This document shows positions 50,612 to 60,489 of a stretch of 64,000 bases of DNA, piece by piece. The stretch lies in the NCBI RefSeq assembly GCF_963921235.1, contig NC_086124.1:16244001-16308000 (forward strand), read 5' to 3'. The notes below the pieces were generated by a model. That model ran no database searches. It was not told where the DNA came from and was given only the letters and a program-made list of their open reading frames with translations. Positions within the stretch are counted from its first letter, which is position 1. Each line of letters opens with the position of its first letter. Origin of the DNA: Mobula hypostoma. Taxonomy: Eukaryota. The translations under genes were made by a program, and so were the position numbers.

Positions 50612-52015
50612 AAATTCAGAAATCAGTGGTGCAAAAGGACTGGGGAATTCTGATACAGGATTCCTAAAGTTTAACTTGCAAGTCGAATCGGTGGCAAGGA
50701 AGGGCAATGAAATGTTAACATTCACTTCAAGAGGACTAAAATATAAAAGCAAGGATGCAATATTGAGGCATAAAAAGGCATTGGTCAGACTGTACTTGGA
50801 GTATTGTGAGCAGTTTTGGGCCCCTTATCTGAGAAAGGGCGTGATGGCATTGGAGAGAGTCCAGAAGAGCTTCGAGAGAATTATCAAGGGAAAGAAAGGG
50901 TTAACGTATGAGGAACATTTGATGGCTCTGGGCCTGTACTCACTGGAATTTCGAAGAATGATGGAGGATCTAATTGAAACCCACTGAAGATTAAAAGGCC
51001 GAGATTGGGTGGACATAGAGAGGATGTTTCTTATAGTGGGGGAATCTTAGACCAGCGGGCACAGCCTCAGAATATGAGGAAGTCCCTTTAGAATAGAAAT
51101 GAAGATGAAATTCTTTAGTGAGAAGGTGGTGACTCTGTGGAATTTGTTACCACAAAGACTATGGAGGCAAAGTTATTGGGTATATTTAAAGTGAAGATTG
51201 ATCGGTTCTCGATTAGTAATGGCATCAAAGATTATGGGGAGAAGGCAGGAGAAAGAGGTTGAGAAGGCTAATATATCAGCCATGACGGAATGGCTGAGCA
51301 GATGCGACGGGCGAAATGGCCTAATTCTGCTCCTATGTCCTGTGTTCTTAAGATGGTGTGCTGACAAAACGGAGTGCAGACACTGAACCAAATCTGTGAG
51401 AGGCGAGCTTCCCCTTGTGCAACCTTTCTGAGTGTGGAAGTTCAGTAAGGCAACAGTAAAGATGATAAGCTGACACAGTGTGCAGACATAGCTACATTGG
51501 AAACCGGAAGGATACATTATCCTTGCGGATATATTTGCTGGAGCTGTTAGGGAGAGCTTGAACTAATTTGGCAGGAGGATGGGAACCGGATGATAGGACT
51601 GAGGATAGGGTTGCTGGGTTACAAGCAGAGGCAGTGAGTAGTGAAACTCTCAGGAAGGTCAGGCAGATCATTGGGCTAAATTGCAGTCAGTTTAATGTTG
51701 CACTGCAAAAGGGAGAGAACATTGAAGAAGTTGTTGGATACAAGACTGAAGGCTTTTTATCTAAATGCATGCAGTATACAGAATGAATCTGATGATCTTG
51801 TAATGCAGTTAGCGATTGGCGTTGTGGGCATTACTCAATCGTGGTTGAAAGAAGGTTGTGGGGGGAGCTTAACATCCAAAAATATACATTGTATCAAAAG
51901 GACAGACAAGTTTCCAGATCCTTGATAAGATATGACACAGGGTCAGAAGGTGTAGAATCATTGTGGGTAGAGTTAAGAAACTGCAGGTGATGGGAGTTTC
52001 TGAAAAGTAGCAAAG
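50612..52015 (+). mobile_element. CR1 fragments (3' end 50612-51345; ORF1/ORF2 junction 51500-52015)
   Basis: ALVRLYLEYCEQFWAPYLRK; LKAFYLNACSIQN..VGITQSWL. Confidence 0.8.
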
Positions 52016-52018
52016 ATA

Positions 52019-52672
52019 CAGGTGTCCCCTGCTTTTTGAATGTTCACTTTACGAAACCTCGCTGTTATGAAAGACCTACATTAGTTACCTGTTTTCGCTA
52101 TCGGAAGGTGTTTTCACTGTTACGAAAAAAGGCAGCGCGCCGCGCGCCCCAGCAGCCAAGCTCCTCCCCCGGAACTGCATTCTGGCCGGCATTGCTTAAA
52201 TACATGCCTTTAAGCAGCCGTCAGCAAGATGAGTTCTAAGGTATCGGAAAAGCCTACAAGAGCTCGTAAGGGTGCTACACTTAACGTAAAAGTAAACATA
52301 ATTAAGCGTACCGATCGTGGTGAACGAAGCAAGGACAAAGTGAGTTTGGCTTGTGGAAGCTGACGAAGATGATGTTGAAGAGGTTTTGGCATCCCATGAC
52401 CAAGAACTGATAGATGAAGAGCTGATGCAACTGGAAGAGGAAAGGATAATAATCGAAACCGAATGCAGTAGCGAACGGACCGAAAGTGAAGTCGTCCAGG
52501 AACTGAACGTGAAGCAACAGCTTGAGATGATAGAAAAATGCGCGAGGATAAGCAGTCAAGCAAGTCAAGCATACCGTTGTTTTTCAAGCCTTCCACATCA
52601 GCCACAGCAGATGATGAACCTCGACCTTCGACATCGAGGCAGGCAGGCATAGAAGAAGATGACCTGCCTGCC
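52019..52672 (+). mobile_element. Tigger/pogo-like non-autonomous DNA transposon fragment; a further Tigger-like end at ~52735-53035
   Basis: TA|CAGGTGTCCCC terminus. MSSKVSEKPTRARKGATLNVKVNIIKR (CENP-B-type HTH start) joined to an acidic C-terminus EDDVEEVLASHDQELIDEELMQL. Confidence 0.7.
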
Positions 52673-53084
52673 CGAGACTCCATAGTATTACATTAGTCTT
52701 CTTGTACAGCACCACCATACAGACTCCAGAAGGTAGAGTGTTCCTATGAAACGGTTCGTAAGCCGGAATGTCGTAAAGTGAAGAAGCAATTACCATTTAT
52801 TTATATGGGAAAAATTTGTGCGCGTTTGCAGACCCAGAAAAATAACCTACCAAAATCATACCAAATAACACATAAAACCTAAAATAAAAATAACAGTAAC
52901 ATATAGTAAAAGCAGGAATGATATGATGAATACACAGCCTGTATAAAGTAGAAATACTTTTCTACAATCATTGCAGCACTGTTCTCCATAGCGAAAATCT
53001 CACGGAAGCGCTCTCGGCAGAAACACTCTCTCCAGCTTCACTCTGGGAAACATAACAGTCTGCCTATTTAGCACCAGCATCCAA

Positions 53085-53390
53085 ATTCCAGAGATTATAG
53101 CAGACAGTCTCCCAGTACAGCGCCACCATACAGACTCCATAGTATTCCCTCAGTCTTCTTGTACAGCACCATCATACAGACTCCACAGAATTACATCAAA
53201 CCGTCTCTATACAACGCCAGTATATAAACTCCAGAGAACTACATCAGTCTCCCTATACAGCACAACCATGCGACCTCCAGAGAATTATATCAAACGGTTT
53301 CTGAAGACAGTGATGGCACCCGAACTCCGGAGAATTACAGCCAACAACGGACGGTCCTCTGAGACAGCTATCACATCTGAACTCCGGGCG
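53085..53390. repeat. Degenerate ~45-bp minisatellite (also 52676-52730)
   Basis: Recurrent unit cagcaccaccatacagactccagagaattacatcagtctccctata. Confidence 0.7.
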
Positions 53391-54130
53391 ACTGGCGAGT
53401 GGCTAATGTACCTCTGCTTAAGAAAGGAACAGGGGAACTTCCTGGGAACTGCAAGCCGCTGAGTCTCAGTTGTAGGGAAACTGCTGGAGAAAATTCTTAG
53501 AGATAGGGTATATAAGCACTTGGCACAACTAGGGTGAGCCAGCATGGATTTGTGCATAGCAGATCGTGCCTTACCAACTTGATTGGTTTTTTTGACAAGA
53601 CGACGAGAGATTGATGAAGGTAGGGCAGTGATTGTTGTCTGCATGGATTTTAGTACAGCATTTGACAAAGTGCCTTATGGGAGGCTAATACAGAAGATGC
53701 ATGAATTCTGTGGCAAATTAGCTGTTTGAATTCAGTACTGGCTGGCAAGAAGAAAACAAAGGGTAGTGGTTGAAGGGACTTATTTAAGCTACAGGTCCGT
53801 AATTAATGGAGTTCTGCTGGGATCTGTGCTGTTTGTGGCGTATATAGCTGACAAATGAAAATATAGCTGGGTGGGTTGGTAAATTTGTGGATGACACCAA
53901 GACTGATGCAGTTCTGGATAGAGTAGAAAACTGGCAAAAAATACAATACTTTATACTTTATTGTTGCCAAACAATTGATACTAGAACGTACAATCATCAC
54001 AGCGATATTTGATTCCGCACTTCCCACTCCCTGGATTACAAATTGATAGTAAGTATAAAATTTAGATTAATTGCAGATATGGGCTGAGAAATGGCATATG
54101 GAGTTTAACCCAGATAAATGTGAGATGTTG
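53390..54130 (+). mobile_element. CR1 RT fragment
   Basis: WRVANVPL.., QHGFV..RSCLTNL, DFSTAFDKVP and KFVDDTK on manual reading. Confidence 0.8.
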
Positions 54131-54326
54131 TGATAGTAGATATGCGTGAAATGAAAGAGATGTGGTTGAGGCTGAGTACCAGCAGGATCTGTGGAAGACT
54201 AAACAGTTAATGTTTTGGGCTAAGACCCTTCTTTTTGAAGTTGAACCTGTGCTCTCGACCAGGATCTTGAAATTTTGTTTAGGCACCGAATATTCTGTCT
54301 TTGTCTTGGATTATTCCAAGCTCTAG

Positions 54327-54770
54327 ATCCTGCTGACTATTGCAATTGATGGATTTTGTAAGTTTAAATCTAAGATTCTTTTAGAAGTCAGGAATGAGGC
54401 ATAAAACAAGTTGCTTCACGATTGTTTTATTAAAAGATGATAGAACAGGAACAGATCAGTGACAGGGGCCTATGACGTGAAGAAGCAAGAGAAACTAAAG
54501 ATGGCACCTTGTATAACACAGCTACTTTCATACACAAATAAAAATTTCCACTCAAATCTATGACAACAATAATCTAATAAGAAAGTACTTAGTCAATATT
54601 GCAGTACAAATTAACCAATGAGGAAATACTTACTTATTAAATGAAGTGCAAATAAGTCCCAGAATTGTAATTTGTACAGGCATATTAAACTATTATGTAT
54701 ACAAAGGCTACTTAAAATACAAGCAGATAACTAATGTAAAACTGCAAAGAAAATGACAATTAAACAGTCA
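54327..54770 (-). mobile_element. ERV LTR and decayed tRNA-Ser PBS downstream of gene E
   Basis: ...ccatCA-at-TGCAATAGTCAGCAGGAT (54344-54327; 14/18 to the Ser PBS). AATAAA inside the LTR at ~54427-54432. Paralogous to 26657-27100. Confidence 0.7.
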
Positions 54771-56246
54771 GATCCAACAGACTCAGCACATGCACACTCA
54801 ATTCACAGTGATAGTACATTCTAAAACTCAGATTTCTGGGTAAGAATAACGTCTTGAAAGTACTTACAAGCATCGCCTCCTCTATGCCAAATGTCAGCAA
54901 TCAAGTCGATATTTTTATGAGAACTCATTAGTCAGTTTAACATAGCAAGCTCCCACAAGCAATATACTCAATGTCAACATAGTGTATCAACAGTTAAAGT
55001 CAACCTAATGTTTTTCCTCTGTCAATTAGCTTCCAAGTATTGCTACCCTGCCATTTGTTGCCACACCCCTGCTCTGTTTCCCTGTTCCTCATCACGTGTT
55101 CTTAACCCTACCACGGTCCAGAGCCCCAAACTCCATTTTCTGCTGACCTGTCTCTGGTTTCTGACCATGTTCCAGTGAACTATCGGACCCCATTCTACTT
55201 TCAGACTTTAGAGGGCAGTGTGTATTCTAACAACCCAGCTGTGTGAAAAAGCCCTTTAGAAGCAGTGAAAGTGGCCTATATCGTTGAAATGAACAGGGAA
55301 AAAGGACATTATCTACCAATGTCATTCCTCCTTCCCCAGATATTCAAAGGATGAAGAACAAGCCAGACATGACTGCAGCCAATTCGTCTCCTTCAATCTG
55401 CAGAAAGTCATGCAGGAATTTCAAGGGAAACCTCTTCACCCACAGAGTGGTGACTGTTTGGAACCCATCTCCATAGGGAGAGCCAGAGGTGAATGGCAGG
55501 GATGGATGTAAAGGACTGTTACGGAACAGAAACTCTGGCAGGGATCAGCTGGGCTCAGTTGACTCCCTACTGTACACTGGGTGTATTGTGGGTTCACTAA
55601 GTACCTGAGACAGAGTTTAAAATAGAACTGATTTATTCGTCACAGACCCAGCATAGTAAACTCCAGTCATAGTAGTGAACATCGGCAGAAGGAACTCCTC
55701 CCAGGCTCAGTGACCAGGGTGTAGAACTGGGTATGATGAGCAGCAGCAATAATTGCAGAGTTTAACACCAACAGTCACTTTTGAACTTGCCCCTGGATTC
55801 AGCAATCTCAGTGGTTAAATATCCAACATGCAGCCCATTTAAACTTTTTCCCCAGTGTGAACTGAATAGTGTGTCACAATGTGAGATGACCGAGTGAATC
55901 ACTTTCCACACTCAGAACTGGTGAATGGTCTCTCCCCAGTGTGAACTCGCTGATGTGTCAGTAGGCTGAAATGGCTGAGTGAATCCCTTCCCACAGTCTG
56001 ACAGATAAACAGTTTCTCCCCAGTGTGAGCTGACTGGTGTGCCAGTAGATTAGTTGATCCAGTGGCGCCCTTCCCACACTCTGAGCAGGTGAAATGCCTC
56101 TCTCCAGTGTCAACTTGCCGGTGTCTCTGGAGGTTGCATGATTGTGTAAACCCCTCCCATACAGAGAACAGGTGAGTGGCCTCTCTCCCAGTGTGAACTC
56201 ACTGGTGTTTCTGCAGGCTACATGACTGAGTGAACCCTTCTCACAG

Positions 56247-57359
56247 TCAAAGCTGGTGAACGGCCTCTCTCCCAGTGTGAACTCGCTGGTGTCTCTGTAG
56301 ACTGAAAGACCGAGTGAATTCCTTCCCACACACTGAACACACGAATGGCCTCTCCCCAGTGTGAACTCGCTGATGTACCTTCAGTTGAGATAACCGCGTG
56401 AATCCCTTCCCACAGTCTGAGCAGGTAAATGGCTTCTCCCCAGTGTGAATTCGCTGATGTACCTTCAGTTGAGATGACCGAGTGAATCCCTTCCCACAGT
56501 CTGAGCAGGTAAACGGCCTCTCCCCAGTGTGAACTCGCTGGTGTCCTAATAGTTGAGATGACTGAGTAAATCCCTTTCCACAGTCTGAGCAGGTGAATGG
56601 CCTCTCCACATTATGGACTCGCTGGTGTGTTTGTAGGTGGGATAACTTAGTGAATCCCTTCCCACAGTCTGAGCAGATGAACGGTCTCTCTCCAGTGTGA
56701 AGTCGCCGATGTTCCTTCAGGTGAAATGACCGAGTGAATCCTTTCCCACAGTCTGAGCAGGTGAACGGTGTCTCCCCAGTGTGAAGTGACTGATGTGCCA
56801 GTAGGTCAGATAACCGAGTAAATCCCTTCCCACACATGGAACACACGAATGGCCTCTCCCCAGTGTGAACAGATTGGTGTCTCTGTAAGCTGAATGATCG
56901 AGTGAATCCCTTCCCACAGTGTGAACATGTGAATGGCATCTCCCCAGTGTGAACTGACTGGTGTTCCAATAGTTGAGATGACCGAGGAAATCCCTTCCCA
57001 CAGTCTGAACAGATGAACGGCCGCTCCCCAGTGTGAACTGGCTGATGTTCCTTCAGTTGAGATAACCGAGTAAATGCCTTGCCACAGTCTGAGCAGATGA
57101 ACGGCCTCTCCCCAGTGTGAACTCGCTGATGTTCCTTCATTTGAGATGACCGACGAAACCTCTTCCCACAGTCTGAGCAGGTGAACGGCCTCTCCCCAGT
57201 GTGAACTCGCTGATGTTCCTTCAGTTGAGATGACCGAGTAAATCTCATTCCGCAGTCTGAGCAGGTGAACGGCCTCTCCCCAGTGTGAATTCGCTGATGT
57301 TCCTTCAGGTCAGATGACCGAGTAAATCCCTTCCCACAGTCTAAGCAGGTAAGAGACAT
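56247..57359 (-). CDS. C2H2 poly-zinc-finger protein (gene E), 13 fingers then a frameshift
   Basis: 370-aa ORF. About 5 decayed fingers continue to the ancestral stop at 55839-55841. Candidate acceptor at 57862-57863. AATAAA at 55637-55632. Confidence 0.87.
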   Translation of the reverse strand: MSLTCLDCGKGFTRSSDLKEHQRIHTGERPFTCSDCGMRFTRSSQLKEHQRVHTGERPFTCSDCGKRFRRSSQMKEHQRVHTGERPFICSDCGKAFTRLSQLKEHQPVHTGERPFICSDCGKGFPRSSQLLEHQSVHTGEMPFTCSHCGKGFTRSFSLQRHQSVHTGERPFVCSMCGKGFTRLSDLLAHQSLHTGETPFTCSDCGKGFTRSFHLKEHRRLHTGERPFICSDCGKGFTKLSHLQTHQRVHNVERPFTCSDCGKGFTQSSQLLGHQRVHTGERPFTCSDCGKGFTRSSQLKVHQRIHTGEKPFTCSDCGKGFTRLSQLKVHQRVHTGERPFVCSVCGKEFTRSFSLQRHQRVHTGREAVHQL

Positions 57360-58603
57360 CTCCCCAATGTGAACTGACCGGTGTGCCAGTAGGTCAGATG
57401 ACTGATTGAATCCCTTCCCAGTCTGAGCAGGTAAATGGCCTCACTGTTGTGTCTGGGGATCGGCTGCATGAGAGAATCCTTTCCCTCACTGAGAGCAGGT
57501 GAATGATATCTCCTTGCTTTCAATTCTCTGACAATTTGTGAAGTCAGATGTCAGACGTAGTGAATCCCTCACACAGTCAATGCAGTTGAAGAACTGATCT
57601 CTAATGAACCAATGCTGTTGAGTTCTCAGCATCCCGGTTCCAGTGGATTACACCGAGTTACAGACGAAAACTCTATTTCAGACACAAAACCTATTTCCAG
57701 CTGGAATGAAATGCTTCTTCATCTCCTAGAATCAAAAACAGATATATTGGTGTTACAAAGGAAATATCTGGTCACTCCTTAAATATTTAGACACGAGACA
57801 GCACATCTGACGTGCTGTTTTGTTTTATATGCCCATACACAAATTCTTTGTCATTTCTAATCTGTAAAAAGATTGACAAGAGACATCAATGGGTGAAGGA
57901 CAACATTTCAGAGGAACACTCACAACACGCTGGGGGAAGTCAGCAGGTCGGGCAGCATCCGTGGAAACGATCAGTCAATGTTTCGGGCCAGAACCCTTCG
58001 TCAGGACTGAAGAGGGAAGGGGCAGAGGCTCTGAGCTGTTAAGGAACAGCTCCTTAACAGCTCAGAGCACCTAGATCGCCCATCAAATTGTCTAACAGTC
58101 CTCCTCTCTGTATGAGAATGGACATTCTTGCCCATCACTGTCTGTGACTTGGTTCAGTGTGTCTCCATTAGTATCATTTCAAGTTCTGCTCATGTCTCAC
58201 AGCACTACAGAGAACACATATCACATGGCTGAGCCTGGAGACTTTCTAATTACTCTGACCCCCACCACACCAGGTGATTGATAGTGGGGAATACCAATGA
58301 ATATGAAGAGGAGGGCACTAAGATTTCTAATTGGAGTGTGGCACCTGTGTGATGTGGAAGCTACAGGTCACTTGCTACCCAGGACAAAAGTGTTTGATAT
58401 CATTATGTACCCAGAGGGAATGGTACCAAACAGATTCTCATGGGTAGAAAGGTCCAGAACACGAGGAGATAGAACAAAGGTGATTTTCTCAAGAACTAAA
58501 GGCGGTAGAAGGATTTTGTTCTGTTTTTCCATGCAGCTCTAACTGGTATTTTTTACTGGTAGCTTCTCCATCCGAGTTGAACTCAGAAGTATATTTTTGT
58601 TCC

Positions 58604-58984
58604 TTTTCTTTCTTTCTTTTTCAATCTTTTTTATTAGTTTCATAATAATGAACATAACATGGTAATGGGAATACATTGTTATAATCAGCATAAGTAATTA
58701 TAAAGCCAGATGACATTTAAATGATAAAACTCCTAATCATATAGGATACAGATGAGCAATATAAAACAAAGAAAAATATCTAGAAATAATCATGAATAAG
58801 GAGAAAAAAAAACTATAATTCCCCCCTCCGCAAAAAAAAAACTAATCTAAACAGAATTAATCAACTAAACTAAAAAAGACATGGGCTGTTATGTAACATC
58901 ATAAAAAAAGAGGAAACCTTAGTGTCGACGACTCCTTTCCTCTCAACCAATATTACAAAGAAATAAAATAAGTTTGGAAAAGGA
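58604..58984 (-). mobile_element. Poly(A)-tailed retro-insertion (L1-like 3' end) with a 7-bp TSD
   Basis: T-rich tail at 58604-58635; ttgttcc at 58597-58603 and 58985-58991. The paralogous empty site is at 32170-32180. Confidence 0.75.
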
Positions 58985-59689
58985 TTGTTCCAAGTTCTTA
59001 ATCCGTGGATTTAGACAGATGGAGCCTGACAGTGTCTGGGAGATCCATCCACTCCCATTCCCCCGTCTATCCTTCCAAGCACGCCCTATGGCAGGGAAAG
59101 CACTGGAAGTGTCACCCATGGCTGCCTTTATACCCAGAAACCTCTGCAAATGAGAGACACATCTATCCGTCATGCTTCCAACGATCCATATGCGCCACAG
59201 AAATAGCTTTGGTACCTTCACTCATCAGCAGAAAGCTCCTGGGGCCCGGGTACAGATTGTGGGGCTGAGATCCCGCCTTTGCAGAACCACGGTGTGTCCT
59301 AAACTTGGAGCAATTGTCCCTCAATGGAGATGCAGACACCGATGACGCTGATGAAACCCCAACCTGAGTAAGTCTGGAGATGCTGGATATCCAAAGCAAC
59401 ACCAGAAGGCCATAAGATAGAGGAGCAGAATTAGGCCATTTAGCCCATTGTCTGCTCCAACATTTCACCACGAATAATCCATTTTCCCTCTCAGTCCCAA
59501 TCTCCCGCCTTCTCCCCATATCCAGCTTGCAAGCACCACTTGTACTGGTAGCTACTTCTACACTCTGACGGCCATCTCAGTGAAGAAGTTTTCCTTCATG
59601 GTCTGCTTAATCTTTTCATCTTTCATCTCCAACCCATGACCTCTGGTTGTAGTCCCACACAACCTTACACTACCTCAATGGATAAAAGA

Positions 59690-60480
59690 AACACTCACAA
59701 CACGCTGGAGGAACTCAGCAGGTCGGGCAGCATCAGTGGAAACAATGAGTCAATGTTTCGGGCCGGAACCCTTCGTCTGGACTGAGGGAAGGGGCAGAGG
59801 CCCTATAAAGAAGGTGGGGAGAGGAAGAAGAAGGCTGGTAAGTTCCAGGTGAAAAACCAGTAAGGGGAAAGACAAAGGGGTGGGGGAGGGGAAGCAGGGA
59901 GGTGATAGGCAGGAAAGGTGAAGAAGGAATAGGGGAAAACATACTGGGTAGTAGAAGGAGGCGGAACCATGAGGGAGGTGATAGGCAGCTGGGGGAGGGG
60001 GCAGAGTGAAATAAGGATAGAGGTAAGGGAGGGGAAGGGAATTACCAGAAGTTGGAGAATTCTATGTTCATACCAAGGAGCTGGAGACTACCTAGATGGT
60101 ATATGAGGTGTTACTCCTCCAACCTGAGTTTAGCCTCATCATGGCAGTAGAGGAGGCCATGTATGGACATATCTGAATGGGAATGGGAAGAAGGGTTGAA
60201 GTGGGTGGCTACTCGGAGATCCTGTCTGTTGTGGCGGATGGAGCGGAGGTGCTTAACGAAGTGGTCCCCCAATCTGTGTCGGGTTTCACCGATGTACAGG
60301 AGGCTGCACCGGGAGCACCGTATGCAACAGATGACCCCAACAGACTCACAGGTGACGTGTTGCCTCACTTGGAAGGACTGTTTGGGGCCCTGAATGGTGG
60401 CAAGAAAGGAGGTGTAGGCACAGGTGTAGCACTTACGCTTACAGAGATAAGTGCCGGGTGGGAGATCCGTGGGGAGGGAT
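59690..60480 (-). mobile_element. Penelope-like element 3' part with GIY-YIG endonuclease
   Basis: CESVGVICCIRCSRCSLLYIGETRHRLGDHFVKH...VATHFN (60111-60368) plus pLTR. A near-identical pLTR piece lies at 57915-58027. Confidence 0.9.
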
Positions 60481-60489
60481 GTGTGGATA

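Noticed and set aside
52229-52652. Possible domesticated CENP-B/TIGD gene
   Set aside because: Short, frameshifted, lacks the DDE core and retains a transposon terminus.
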